From the NCBI GenBank assembly GCA_964016885.1, contig OZ024740.1, forward strand, positions 14,694,001-14,758,000: a DNA stretch of 64,000 nt, in the 5' to 3' direction. Under the pieces are notes generated by a model that worked only from the letters and a program-made list of their open reading frames with translations, made no database searches and was not told where the DNA came from. Below are positions 35,801-50,800 of this stretch, piece after piece; position 1 is the stretch's first letter, and the number at the start of each line of letters is the position of its first letter. This DNA comes from Eledone cirrhosa (lineage: Eukaryota). The position numbers and the translations under genes are program-made.

Positions 35801-38800
35801 GAATCAAAGCCTGAATATGGAAAGTCCTCAAATGAAAGGAATCAAAGCCAGAATATGGAAAGTCCTCGAATGAAAGGAATCAAAGCCAGAATATGGAAAG
35901 TCCTCAAATGAAAGGAATCAAAGCCAGAATATGGAAAGTCCTCAAATGAAAGGAATCAAAGCCAGAATATGGAAAGTCCTCGAATGAAAGGAATCGAAGC
36001 CAGAATATGGAAAGTCCTCGAATGAAAGGAATCAAAGCCAGAATATGGAAAGTCCTCGAATGAGAGGAATCAAAGCCAGAATATGGAAAGTCCTCAAATG
36101 AAAGGAATCAAAGCCAGAATATGGAAAGTCCTCAAATGAAAGGAATCAAAGCCAGAATATGGAAAGTCCTCAAATGAAAGGAATCAAAGCCAGAATATGG
36201 AAAGTCCTCGAATGAAAGGAACCAAAGCCAGAATATGGAAAGTCCTCAAATGAAAGGAATCAAAGCCAGAATATGGAAAGTCCTCAAATGAAAGGAATCA
36301 AAGCCAGAATATGGAAAGTCCTCGAATAAAAGGAATCAAAGCCAGAATATGGAAAGTCCTCAATTGAAAGGAATCAAAGCCAGAATATGGAAAGTCCTCA
36401 AATGAAAGGAATCAAAGCCAGAATATGGAAAGTCCTCGAATGAAAGGAACCAAAGCCAGAATATGGAAATTCCTCGAATGAAAGGAATCAAAGCCAGAAT
36501 ATGGAAAGTCCTCAAATGAAAGGAATCAAAGCCAGAATATGGAAAGTCCTCAAATGAAAGGAATCAAAGCCAGAATATGGAAAGTCCTCAAATGAAAGGA
36601 ATCAAAGCCAGAATATGGAAAGTCCTCAAATGAAAGGAATCAAAGCCAGAATATGGAAAGTCCTCAAATGAAAGGAATCAAAGCCAGAATATGGAAAGTC
36701 CTCGAATGAGAGGAATCAAAGCCAGAATATGGAAAGTCCTCAAATGAAAGGAATCAAAGCCAGAATATGGAAAGTCCTCAAATGAAAGGAATCAAAGCCA
36801 GAATATGGAAAGTCCTCAAATGAAAGGAATCAAAGCCAGAATATGGAAAGTCCTCGAATGAAAGGAACCAAAGCCAGAATATGGAAAGTCCTCAAATGAA
36901 AGGAATCAAAGCCAGAATATGGAAAGTCCTCAAATGAAAGGAATCAAAGCCAGAATATGGAAAGTCCTCGAATAAAAGGAATCAAAGCCAGAATATGGAA
37001 AGTCCTCAATTGAAAGGAATCAAAGCCAGAATATGGAAAGTCCTCAAATCAAAGGAATCAAAGCCAGAATATGGAAAGCCCTCAAATGAAAGGAATCAAA
37101 GCCAGAATATGGAAAGTCCTCGAATGAAAGGAACCAAAGCCAGAATATGGAAATTCCTCGAATGAAAGGAATCAAAGCCAGAATATGGAAAGTCCTCAAA
37201 TGAAAGGAATCAAAGCCAGAATATGGAAAGTCCTCAAATGAAAGGAATCAAAGCCAGAATATGGAAAGTCCTCAAATGAAAGGAATCAAAGCCAGAATAT
37301 GGAAAGTCCTCAAATGAAAGGAATCAAAGCCAGAATATGGAAAGTCCTCAAATGAAAGGAATCAAAGCCAGAATATGGAAAGTCCTGGAATGAAAGGAAT
37401 CAAAGCCAGAATATGGAAAGTCCTGGAATGAAAGGAATCAAAGCCAGAATATGGAAAGTCCTGGAATGAAAGGAATCAAAGCCATAACATGGAAAGTACT
37501 CGAATGAAAGGAATCAAAGCCAGAATATGGAAAATCCTCGAATGAAAGGAATCAAAGCCTGAATATGGAAAGTCCTCAAATGAAAGGAATCAAAGCCAGA
37601 ATATGGAAAGTCCTCGAATGAAAGGAATCAAAGCCAGAATATGGAAAGTCCTCAAATGAAAGGAATCAAAGCCAGAATATGGAAAGTCCTCAAATGAAAG
37701 GAATCAAAGCCAGAATATGGAAAGTCCTCAAATGAAAGGAATCAAAGCCAGAATATGGAAAGTCCTCGAATGAAAGGAATCGAAGCCAGAATATGGAAAG
37801 TCCTCGAATGAAAGGAATCAAAGCCAGAATATGGAAAGTCCTCGAATGAGAGGAATCAAAGCCAGAATATGGAAAGTCCTCGAATGAGAGGAATCAAAGC
37901 CAGAATATGGAAAGTCCTCAAATGAGAGGAATCAAAGCCAGAATATGGAAAGTCCTCAAATGAAAGGAATCAAAGCCAGAATATGGAAAGTCCTCGAATG
38001 AAAGGAACCAAAGCCAGAATATGGAAAGTCCTCGAATGAAAGGAATCAAAGCCAGAATATGGAAAGTCCTCAAATGAAAGGAATCAAAGCCAGAATATGG
38101 AAAGTCCTCAAATGAAAGGAATCAAAGCCAGAATATGGAAAGTCCTCGAATGAAAGGAATCAAAGCCAGAATATGGAAAGTCCTCGAATGAGAGGAATCA
38201 AAGCCAGAATATGGAAAGTCCTCGAATGAGAGGAATCAAAGCCAGAATATGGAAAGTCCTCGAATGAGAGGAATCAAAGCCAGAATATGGAAAGTCCTCA
38301 AATGAAAGGAATCAAAGCCAGAATATGGAAACTCCTCGAATGAAAGGAATCAAAGCCAGAATATGGAAAGTCCTCGAATGAGAGGAATCAAAGCCAGAAT
38401 ATGGAAAGTCCTCGAATGAGGGGAATCAAAGCCAGAATATGGAAAGTCCTCGAATGAAAGGAATCAAAGCCAGAATATGGAAAGTCCTCGAATGAAAGAA
38501 ATCAAAGCCAGAATATGGAAAGTCCTCGAATGAAAGGAATCTAAGCCAGAATATGGAAGGTCCTCAATTGAAAGGAATCAAAGCCAGAATATGGAAAGTC
38601 CTCAAATGAAAGGAATCAAAGCCAGAATATGGAAAGTCCTCAAATGAAAGGAATCAAAGCCAGAATATGGAAAGTCCTCAAATGAAAGGAATCAAAGCCA
38701 GAATATGGAAAGTCCTCAAATGAAAGGAATCAAAGCCAGAATATGAAAAGTCCTGGAATGAAAGGAATCAAAGCCAGAATATGGAAAGTCCTCGAATGAA

Positions 38801-41800
38801 AGGAATCAAAGCCAGAATATGGAAAGTCCTGGAATGAAAGGAATCAAAGCCAGAATATGGAAAGTCCTCGAATGAAAGGAATCAAAGCCAGAATATGGAA
38901 AGTCCTCGAATGAAAGGAATCAAAGCCAGAATATGGAAAGTCCTCAAATGAAAGGAATCAAAGCCAGAATATGGAAAGTCCTGGAATGAAAGGAATCAAA
39001 GCCAGAATATGGAAAGTCCTCAAATGAAAGGAATCAAAGCCAGAATATGGAAAGTCCTCAAATGAAAGGAATCAAAGCCAGAATATGGAAAGTCCTCAAA
39101 TGAAAGGAATCAAAGCCAGAATATGGAAAGTCCTCGAATGAAAGGAACCAAAGCCAGAATATGGAAAGTCCTCAAATGAAAGGAATCAAAGCCAGAATAT
39201 GGAAAGTCCTCAAATGAAAGGAATCAAAGCCAGAATATGGAAAGTCCTCGAATAAAAGGAATCAAAGCCAGAATATGGAAAGTCCTCAATTGAAAGGAAT
39301 CAAAGCCAGAATATGGAAAGTCCTCAAATCAAAGGAATCAAAGCCAGAATATGGAAAGCCCTCAAATGAAAGGAATCAAAGCCAGAATATGGAAAGTCCT
39401 CGAATGAAAGGAACCAAAGCCAGAATATGGAAATTCCTCGAATGAAAGGAATCAAAGCCAGAATATGGAAAGTCCTCAAATGAAAGGAATCAAAGCCAGA
39501 ATATGGAAAGTCCTCAAATGAAAGGAATCAAAGCCAGAATATGGAAAGTCCTCGAATGAAAGGAACCAAAGCCAGAATATGGAAAGTCCTCAAATGAAAG
39601 GAATCAAAGCCAGAATATGGAAAGTCCTCGAATGAAAGGAATCGAAGCCAGAATATGGAAAGTCCTCGAATGAAAGGAATCAAAGCCAGAATATGGAAAG
39701 TCCTCGAATGAGAGGAATCAAAGCCAGAATATGGAAAGTCCTCGAATGAGAGGAATCAAAGCCAGAATATGGAAAGTCCTCAAATGAGAGGAATCAAAGC
39801 CAGAATATGGAAAGTCCTCAAATGAAAGGAATCAAAGCCAGAATATGGAAAGTCCTCGAATGAGAGGAATCAAAGCCAGAATATGGAAAGTCCTCGAATG
39901 AGGGGAATCAAAGCCAGAATATGGAAAGTCCCCGAATGAAAGGAATCAAAGCCAGAATATGGAAAGTCCTCGAATGAAAGAAATCAAAGCCAGAATATGG
40001 AAAGTCCTCGAATGAAAGGAATCAAAGCCAGAATATGGAAGGTCCTCAAATGAAAGGAATCAAAGCCAGAATATGGAAAGTCCTCGAATGAAAGGAATCA
40101 AACCCAGAATATGGAAAGTCCTCAAATGAAAGGAATCAAAGCCAGAATATGGAAAGTCCTCGAATGAAAGGAATCAAAGCCAGAATATGGAAAGTCCTCG
40201 AATGAAAGGAATCAAAGCCAGAACATGGAAAGTCCTCGAATGAAAGGAATCAAAGCCAGAATATGGAAAGTCCTCGAATGAAAGGAATCAAAGCCAGAAT
40301 ATGGAAAGTCCTCGAATGAAAGGAATCAAAGCCAGAATATGGAAAGTCCTCAAATGAAAGGAATCAAAGCCAGAATATGGAAAGTCCTCGAATAAAAGGA
40401 ATCAAAGCCAGAATATGGAAATTCCTCAATTGAAAGGAATCAAAGCCAGAATATGGAAAGTCCTCAAATGAAAGGAATCATAGCCAGAATATGGAAAGTC
40501 CTCAAATGAAAGGAATCAAAGCCAGAATATGGAAAGTCCTCGAATGAAAGGAACCAAAGCCAGAATATGGAAAGTCCTCGAATGAAAGGAATCAAAGCCA
40601 GAATATGGAAAGTCCTCGAATCAAAGGAATCAAAGCCAGAATATGGAAAGTCCTCGAATGAAAGGAATCAAAGCCAGAATATGGAAAGTTCTCAAATGAA
40701 AGGAATCAAAGCCAGAATATGGAAAGTCCTCAAATGAAAGGATTCAAAGCCAGAATATGGAAAGTCCTCAAATGAAAGGAATCAAAGCCAGAATATGGAA
40801 AGTCCTCAAATGAAAGGAATCAAAGCCAGAATATGGAAAATCCTGGAATGAAAGGAATCAAAGCCAGAATATGGAAAGTCCTCGAATGTAAGGAATCAAA
40901 GCCAGAATATGGAAAGTCCTGGAATGAAAGGAATCAAAGCCAGAATATGGAAAGTCCTCGAATGAAAGGAATCAAAGCCAGAATATGGAAAGTCCTCGAA
41001 TGAAAGGAATCAAAGCCAGAATATGGAAAGTCCTCAAATGAAAGGAATCAAAGCCAGAATATGGAAAGTCCTGGAATGAAAGGAATCAAAGCCAGAATAT
41101 GGAAAGTCCTCAAATGAAAGGAATCAAAGCCAGAATATGGAAAGTCCTGGAATGAAAGGAATCAAAGCCAGAATATGGAAAGTCCTCGAATGAAAGGAAT
41201 CAAAGCCAGAATATGGAAAGTCCTGGAATGAAAGGAATCAAAGCCAGAATATGGAAAGTCCTGGAATGAAAGGAATCAAAGCCAGAATATGGAAAGTCCT
41301 CGAATGAAAGGAATCAAAGCCAGAATATGGAAAGTCCTCAAATGAAAGGAATCAAAGCCAGAATATGGAAAGTCCTGGAAAGAAAGGAATCAAAGCCAGA
41401 ATATGGAAAGTCCTCAAATGAAAGGAATCAAAGCCAGAATAGGGAAAGTCCTCAAATGAAAGGAATCAAAGCCAGAATATTGAAAGTCCTCGAATGAAAG
41501 GAACCAAAGCCAGAATATGGAAAGTCCTCAAATGAAAGGAATCAAAGCCAGAATATGGAAAGTCCTCGAATGAAAGGAATCAAAGCCAGAATATGGAAAG
41601 TCCTCGAATGAAAGGAATCAAAGCCAGAATATGGAAAGTCCTCGAATGAGAGGAATCAAAGCCAGAATATGGAAAGTCCTCGAATGAGAGGAATCAAAGC
41701 CAGAATATGGAAAGTCCTCAAATGAGAGGAATCAAAGCCAGAATATGGAAAGTCCTCAAATGAAAGGAATCAAAGCCAGAATATGGAAACTCCTCGAATG

Positions 41801-44800
41801 AAAGGAATCAAAGCCAGAATATGGAAAGTCCTCGAATGAAAGGAATCAAAGCCAGAATATGGAAAGTCCTCGAATGAGAGGAATCAAAGCCAGAATATGG
41901 AAAGTCCTCGAATGAGGGGAATCAAAGCCAGAATATGGAAAGTCCTCGAATGAAAGGAATCAAAGCCAGAATATGGAAGGTCCTCAAATGAAAGGAATCA
42001 AAGCCAGAATATGGAAAGTCCTCGAATGAAAGGAATCAAACCCAGAATATGGAAAGTCCTCAAATGAAAGGAATCAAAGCCAGAATATGGAAAGTCCTCG
42101 AATGAAAGGAATCAAAGCCAGAATATGGAAAGTCCTCGAATGAAAGGAATCAAAGCCAGAATATGGAAAGTCCTCGAATGAAAGGAATCAAAGCCAGAAT
42201 ATGGAAAGTCCTCGAATGAAAGGAATCAAAGCCAGAATATGGAAAGTCCTCAAATGAAAGGAATCAAAGCCAGAATATGGAAAGTCCTCGAAGGAAAGGA
42301 ATCAAAGCCAGAATATAGAAAGTCCTGGAATGAAAGGAATCAAAGCCAGAATATGGAAAGTCCTCAAATGAAAGGAATCAAAGCCAGAATATGGAAAGTC
42401 CTCAGATGAAAGGAATCAAAGCCAGAATATGGAAAGTCCTCGAATAAAAGGAATCAAAGCCAGAATATGGAAAGTCCTCAATTGAAAGGAATCAAAGCCA
42501 GAATATGGAAAGTCCTCAAATGAAAGGAATCAAAGCCAGAATATGGAAAGTCCTCAAATGAAAGGAATCAAAGCCAGAATATGGAAAGTCCTCGAATGAA
42601 AGGAACCAAAGCCAGAATATGGAAAGTCCTCGAATGAAAGGAATCCAAGCCAGAATATGGAAAGTCCTCGAATGAAAGGAATCAAAGCCAGAATATGGAA
42701 AGTCCTCGATTGAAAGGAATCAAAGCCAGAATATGGAAAGTCCTCAAATGAAAGGAATCAAAGCCAGAATATGGAAAGTCCTCGAATGAGAGGAATCAAA
42801 GCCAGAATATGGAAAGTCCTCGAATGAGGGGAATCAAAGCCAGAATATGGAAAGTCCTCGAATGAAAGGAATCAAAGCCAGAATATGGAAAGTCCTCGAA
42901 TGAAAGAAATCAAAGCCAGAATATGGAAAGTCCTTGAATGAATGGATTCAAAGCCTGAATATGGAAGGTCCTCAAATGAAAGGAATCAAAGCCAGAATAT
43001 GGAAAGTCCTCGAATGAAAGGAATCAAACCCAGAATATGGAAAGTCCTCAAATGAAAGGAATCAAAGCCAGAATATGGAAAGTCCTCGAATGAAAGGAAT
43101 CAAAGCCAGAATATGGAAAGTCCTCAAATGAAAGGAATCAAAGCCAGAATATGGAAAGTCCTCGAATGAAAGGAATCAAAACCAGAATATGGAAAGTCCT
43201 CGAATGAAAGGAATCAAAGCCAGAATATGGAAAGTCCTCGAATGAAAGGAATCAAAGCCAGAATATGGAAAGTCCTCAAATGAAAGGAATCAAAGCCAGA
43301 ATATGGAAAGTCCTCGAATAAAAGGAATCAAAGCCAGAATATGGAAAGTCCTCAATTGAAAGGAATCAAAGCCAGAATATGGAAAGTCCTCAAATGAAGG
43401 AATCAAAGCCAGAATATGGAAAGTCCTCAAATGAAAGGAATCAAAGCCAGAATATGGAAAGTCCTCGAATGAAAGGAACCAAAGCCAGAATATGGAAAGT
43501 CCTCGAATGAAAGGAATCAAAGCCAGAATATGGAAAGTCCTCGAATAAAAGGAATCAAAGCCAGAATATGGAAAGTCCTCAAATGAAAGGAATCAAAGCC
43601 AGAATATGGAAAGTCCTCAAATGAAAGGAATCAAAGCCAGAATATGGAAAGTCCTCAAATGAAAGGAATCAAAGCCAGAATATGGAAAGTCCTCAAACGA
43701 AAGGAATCAAAGCCAGAATATGGAAAGTCCTCAAATGAAAGGAATCAAAGCCAGAATATGGAAAGTCCTAGAATGAAAGGAATCAAAGCCAGAATATGGA
43801 AAGTCCTCGAATGAAAGGAATCAAAGCCAGAATATGGAAAGTCCTGGAATGAAAGGAATCAAAGCCAGAATATGGAAAGTCCTCGAATGAAAGGAATAAA
43901 AGCCAGAATATGGAAAGTCCTCGAATGAAAGGAATCAAAGCCAGAATATGGAAAGTCCTCAAATGAAAGGAATCAAAGCCAGAATATGGAAAGTCCTGGA
44001 ATGAAAGGAATCAAAGCCAGAATATGGAAAGTCCTCAAATGAAAGGAATCAAAGCCAGAATATGGAAAGTCCTCAAATGAAAGGAATCAAAGCCAGAATA
44101 TAGAAAGTCCTCAAATGAAAGGAATCAAAGCCAGAATATGGAAAGTCCTCGAATGAAAGGAACCAAAGCCAGAATATGGAAAGTCCTCAAATGAAAGGAA
44201 TCAAAGCCAGAATATGGAAAGTCCTCAAATGAAAGGAATCAAAGCCAGAATATGGAAAGTTCTCAAATGAAAGGAATCAAAGCCAGAATATGGAAAGTCC
44301 TCAAATGAAAGGAATCAAAGCCAGAATATGGAAAGTCCTCGAATAAAAGGAATCAAAGCCAGAATATGGAAAGTCCTCAATTGAAAGGAATCAAAGCCAG
44401 AATATGGAAAGTCCTCAAATCAAAGGAATCAAAGCCAGAATATGGAAAGTCCTCAGATGAAAGGAATCAAAGCCAGAATATGGAAAGTCCTCGAATGAAA
44501 GAAACCAAAGCCAGAATATGGAAAGTCCTCGAATGAAAGGAATCAAAGCCAGAATATGGAAAGTCCTCGAATGAAAGGAATCAAAGCCAGAATATGGTAA
44601 GTCCTCAAATGAAAGGAATCAAAGCCAGAATATGGAAAGTCCTGGAATGAAAGGAATCAAAGCCAGAATATGGAAAGTCCTCAAATGAAAGGAATCAAAG
44701 CCAGAATATGGAAAGTCCTGGAATGAAAGGAATCAAAGCCAGAATATGGAAAGTCCTCAAATGAGAGGAATCAAAGCCAGAATATGGAAAGTCCTCAAAT

Positions 44801-47800
44801 GAAAGGAATCAAAGCCAGAATATGGAAACTCCTCGAATGAAAGGAAACAAAGCCAGAATATGGAAAGTCCTCGAATGAAAGGAATCAAAGCCAGAATATG
44901 GAAAGTCCTCGAATGAGAGGAATCAAAGCCAGAATATGGAAAGTCCTCGAATGAGGGGAATCAAAGCCAGAATATGGAAAGTCCTCGAATGAAAGGAATC
45001 AAAGCCAGAATATGGAAGTTCCTCAAATGAAAGGAATCAAAGCCAGAATATGGAAAGTCCTCGAATGAAAGGAATCAAACCCAGAATATGGAAAGTCCTC
45101 AAATGAAAGGAATCAAAGCCAGAATATGGAAAGTCCTGGAATGAAAGGAATCAAAGCCAGAATATGGAAAGTCCTCAAATGAAAGGAATCCAAGCCAGAA
45201 TATGGAAAGTCCTCGAATGAAAGGAATCAAAGCCAGAATATGGAAAGTCCTCGAATGAAAAGAATCAAAGCCAGAATATGGAAAGTCCTCAAATGAAAGG
45301 AATCAAAGCCAGAATATGGAAAGTCCTCAAATGAGAGGAATCAGAGCCAGAATATGGAAAGTCCTCGAATAAAAGGAATCAAAGCCAGAATATGGAAAGT
45401 CCTCAATTGAAAGGAATCAAAGCCAGAATATGGAAAGTCCTCAAATGAAAGGAATCAAAGCCAGAATATGGAAAGTCCTCAAATGAAAGGAATCAAAGCC
45501 AGAATATGGAAAGTCCTCGAATGAAAGGAACCAAAGCCAGAATATGGAAAGTCCTCGAATGAAAGGAATCCAAGCCAGAATATGGAAAGTCCTCGAATGA
45601 AAGGAATCAAAGCCGAATATGGAAAGTCCTCGAATGAAAGGAATCAAAGCCAGAATATGGAAAGTCCTCAAATGAAAGGAATCAAAGCCAGAATATGGAA
45701 AGTCCTCGAAGGAAAGGAATCAAAGCCAGAATATGGAAAGTCCTGGAATGAAAGGAATCAAAGCCAGAATATGGAAAGTCCTCAAATGAAAGGAATCAAC
45801 GCCAGAATATGGAAAGTCCTCAAATGAAAGGAATCAAAGCCAGAATATGGAAAGTCCTCAAATGAAAGGAATCAAAGCCAGAATATGGAAAGTCCTCAAA
45901 TGAAAGGAATCAAAGCCAGAATATGGAAAGTCCTCGAATGAAAGGAATCAAAGCCAGAATATGGAAAGTCCTCGAATGAGAGGAATCAAAGCCAGAATAT
46001 GGAAAGTCCTCGAATGAGGGGAATCAAAGCCAGAATATGGAAATTCCTCGAATGAAAGGAATCAAAGCCAGAATATGGAAAGTCCTCGATTGAAAGGAAT
46101 CAAAGCCAGAATATGGAAAGTCCTCGAATGAAAGGAATCAAAGCCAGAATATGGAAAGTCCTCGAATGAAAGGAATCAAAGCAAGAATATGGAAGATCCT
46201 CAAATGAAAGGAATCAAAGCCAGAATATGGAAAGTCCTCGAATGAAAGGAATCAAACCCAGAATATGGAAAGTCCTCGAATGAAAGGAATCAAAGCCAGA
46301 ATATGGAAAGTCCTCGAATGAAAGGAATCAAAGCCAGAATATGGAAAGTCCTCAAATGAAAGGAATCAAAGCCAGAATATGGAAAGTCCTCGAATGAAAG
46401 GAATCAAAGCCAGAATATGGAAAGTCCTCAAATGAAAGGAATCAAAGCCAGAATATGGAAAGTCCTCAAATGAAAGGAATCAAAGCCAGAATATGGAAAG
46501 TCCTCAAATGAAAGGAATCAAAGCCAGAATATGGAAAGTCCTCGAATGAAAGGAACCAAAGCCAGAATATGGAAAGTCCTCAAATGAAAGGAATCAAAGC
46601 CAGAATATGGAAAGTCCTCGAATGAAAGGAATCGAAGCCAGAATATGGAAAGTCCTCGAATGAGAGGAATCAAAGCCAGAATATGGAAAGTCCTCGAATG
46701 AGAGGAATCAAAGCCAGAATATGGAAAGTCCTCAAATGAGAGGAATCAAAGCCAGAATATGGAAAGTCCTCAAATGAAAGGAATCAAAGCCAGAATATGG
46801 AAAGTCCTCGAATGAGAGGAATCAAAGCCAGAATATGGAAAGTCCTCGAATGAGGGGAATCAAAGCCAGAATATGGAAAGTCCCCGAATGAAAGGAATCA
46901 AAGCCAGAATATGGAAAGTCCTCGAATGAAAGAAATCAAAGCCAGAATATGGAAAGTCCTCGAATGAAAGGAATCAAAGCCAGAATATGGAAGGTCCTCA
47001 AATGAAAGGAATCAAAGCCAGAATATGGAAAGTCCTCGAATGAAAGGAATCAAACCCAGAATATGGAAAGTCCTCAAATGAAAGGAATCAAAGCCAGAAT
47101 ATGGAAAGTCCTCGAATGAAAGGAATCAAAGCCAGAATATGGAAAGTCCTCGAATGAAAGGAATCAAAGCCAGAACATGGAAAGTCCTCGAATGAAAGGA
47201 ATCAAAGCCAGAATATGGAAAGTCCTCGAATGAAAGGAATCAAAGCCAGAATATGGAAAGTCCTCGAATGAAAGGAATCAAAGCCAGAATATGGAAAGTC
47301 CTCAAATGAAAGGAATCAAAGCCAGAATATGGAAAGTCCTCGAATAAAAGGAATCAAAGCCAGAATATGGAAATTCCTCAATTGAAAGGAATCAAAGCCA
47401 GAATATGGAAAGTCCTCAAATGAAAGGAATCATAGCCAGAATATGGAAAGTCCTCAAATGAAAGGAATCAAAGCCAGAATATGGAAAGTCCTCGAATGAA
47501 AGGAACCAAAGCCAGAATATGGAAAGTCCTCGAATGAAAGGAATCAAAGCCAGAATATGGAAAGTCCTCGAATGAAAGGAATCAAAGCCAGAATATGGAA
47601 AGTCCTCGAATGAAAGGAATCAAAGCCAGAATATGGAAAGTTCTCAAATGAAAGGAATCAAAGCCAGAATATGGAAAGTCCTCAAATGAAAGGATTCAAA
47701 GCCAGAATATGGAAAGTCCTCAAATGAAAGGAATCAAAGCCAGAATATGGAAAGTCCTCAAATGAAAGGAATCAAGGCCAGAATATGGAAAATCCTGGAA

Positions 47801-50800
47801 TGAAAGGAATCAAAGCCAGAATATGGAAAGTCCTCGAATGTAAGGAATCAAAGCCAGAATATGGAAAGTCCTGGAATGAAAGGAATCAAAGCCAGAATAT
47901 GGAAAGTCCTCGAATGAAAGGAATCAAAGCCAGAATATGGAAAGTCCTCGAATGAAAGGAATCAAAGCCAGAATATGGAAAGTCCTCAAATGAAAGGAAT
48001 CAAAGCCAGAATATGGAAAGTCCTGGAATGAAAGGAATCAAAGCCAGAATATGGAAAGTCCTCAAATGAAAGGAATCAAAGCCAGAATATGGAAAGTCCT
48101 GGAATGAAAGGAATCAAAGCCAGAATATGGAAAGTCCTCGAATGAAAGGAATCAAAGCCAGAATATGGAAAGTCCTGGAATGAAAGGAATCAAAGCCAGA
48201 ATATGGAAAGTCCTCGAATGAAAGGAATCAAAGCCAGAATATGGAAAGTCCTCGAATGAAAGGAATCAAAGCCAGAATATGGAAAGTCCTCAAATGAAAG
48301 GAATCAAAGCCAGAATATGGAAAGTCCTGGAAAGAAAGGAATCAAAGCCAGAATATGGAAAGTCCTCAAATGAAAGGAATCAAAGCCAGAATAGGGAAAG
48401 TCCTCAAATGAAAGGAATCAAAGCCAGAATATTGAAAGTCCTCGAATGAAAGGAACCAAAGCCAGAATATGGAAAGTCCTCAAATGAAAGGAATCAAAGC
48501 CAGAATATGGAAAGTCCTCGAATGAAAGGAATCAAAGCCAGAATATGGAAAGTCCTCGAATGAAAGGAATCAAAGCCAGAATATGGAAAGTCCACGAATG
48601 AGAGGAATCAAAGCCAGAATATGGAAAGTCCTCGAATGAGAGGAATCAAAGCCAGAATATGGAAAGTCCTCAAATGAGAGGAATCAAAGCCAGAATATGG
48701 AAAGTCCTCAAATGAAAGGAATCAAAGCCAGAATATGGAAACTCCTCGAATGAAAGGAATCAAAGCCAGAATATGGAAAGTCCTCGAATGAAAGGAATCA
48801 AAGCCAGAATATGGAAAGTCCTCGAATGAGAGGAATCAAAGCCAGAATATGGAAAGTCCTCGAATGAGGGGAATCAAAGCCAGAATATGGAAAGTCCTCG
48901 AATGAAAGGAATCAAAGCCAGAATATGGAAGGTCCTCAAATGAAAGGAATCAAAGCCAGAATATGGAAAGTCCTCGAATGAAAGGAATCAAACCCAGAAT
49001 ATGGAAAGTCCTCAAATGAAAGGAATCAAAGCCAGAATATGGAAAGTCCTCGAATGAAAGGAATCAAAGCCAGAATATGGAAAGTCCTCGAATGAAAGGA
49101 ATCAAAGCCAGAATATGGAAAGTCCTCGAATGAAAGGAATCAAAGCCAGAATATGGAAAGTCCTCGAATGAAAGGAATCAAAGCCAGAATATGGAAAGTC
49201 CTCAAATGAAAGGAATCAAAGCCAGAATATGGAAAGTCCTCGAAGGAAAGGAATCAAAGCCAGAATATAGAAAGTCCTGGAATGAAAGGAATCAAAGCCA
49301 GAATATGGAAAGTCCTCAAATGAAAGGAATCAAAGCCAGAATATGGAAAGTCCTCAAATGAAAGGAATCAAAGCCAGAATATGGAAAGTCCTCGAATAAA
49401 AGGAATCAAAGCCAGAATATGGAAAGTCCTCAATTGAAAGGAATCAAAGCCAGAATATGGAAAGTCCTCAAATGAAAGGAATCAAAGCCAGAATATGGAA
49501 AGTCCTCAAATGAAAGGAATCAAAGCCAGAATATGGAAAGTCCTCGAATGAAAGGAACCAAAGCCAGAATATGGAAAGTCCTCGAATGAAAGGAATCCAA
49601 GCCAGAATATGGAAAGTCCTCGAATGAAAGGAATCAAAGCCAGAATATGGAAAGTCCTCGATTGAAAGGAATCAAAGCCAGAATATGGAAAGTCCTCAAA
49701 TGAAAGGAATCAAAGCCAGAATATGGAAAGTCCTCGAATGAGAGGAATCAAAGCCAGAATATGGAAAGTCCTCGAATGAGGGGAATCAAAGCCAGAATAT
49801 GGAAAGTCCTCGAATGAAAGGAATCAAAGCCAGAATATGGAAAGTCCTCGAATGAAAGAAATCAAAGCCAGAATATGGAAAGTCCTTGAATGAATGGATT
49901 CAAAGCCTGAATATGGAAGGTCCTCAAATGAAAGGAATCAAAGCCAGAATATGGAAAGTCCTCGAATGAAAGGAATCAAACCCAGAATATGGAAAGTCCT
50001 CAAATGAAAGGAATCAAAGCCAGAATATGGAAAGTCCTCGAATGAAAGGAATCAAAGCCAGAATATGGAAAGTCCTCAAATGAAAGGAATCAAAGCCAGA
50101 ATATGGAAAGTCCTCGAATGAAAGGAATCAAAACCAGAATATGGAAAGTCCTCGAATGAAAGGAATCAAAGCCAGAATATGGAAAGTCCTCGAATGAAAG
50201 GAATCAAAGCCAGAATATGGAAAGTCCTCAAATGAAAGGAATCAAAGCCAGAATATGGAAAGTCCTCGAATAAAAGGAATCAAAGCCAGAATATGGAAAG
50301 TCCTCAATTGAAAGGAATCAAAGCCAGAATATGGAAAGTCCTCAAATGAAGGAATCAAAGCCAGAATATGGAAAGTCCTCAAATGAAAGGAATCAAAGCC
50401 AGAATATGGAAAGTCCTCGAATGAAAGGAACCAAAGCCAGAATATGGAAAGTCCTCGAATGAAAGGAATCAAAGCCAGAATATGGAAAGTCCTCGAATGA
50501 AAGGAATCAAAGCCAGAATATGGAAAGTCCTCAAATGAAAGGAATCAAAGCCAGAATATGGAAAGTCCTCAAATGAAAGGAATCAAAGCCAGAATATGGA
50601 AAGTCCTCAAATGAAAGGAATCAAAGCCAGAATATGGAAAGTCCTCAAACGAAAGGAATCAAAGCCAGAATATGGAAAGTCCTCAAATGAAAGGAATCAA
50701 AGCCAGAATATGGAAAGTCCTAGAATGAAAGGAATCAAAGCCAGAATATGGAAAGTCCTCGAATGAAAGGAATCAAAGCCAGAATATGGAAAGTCCTGGA

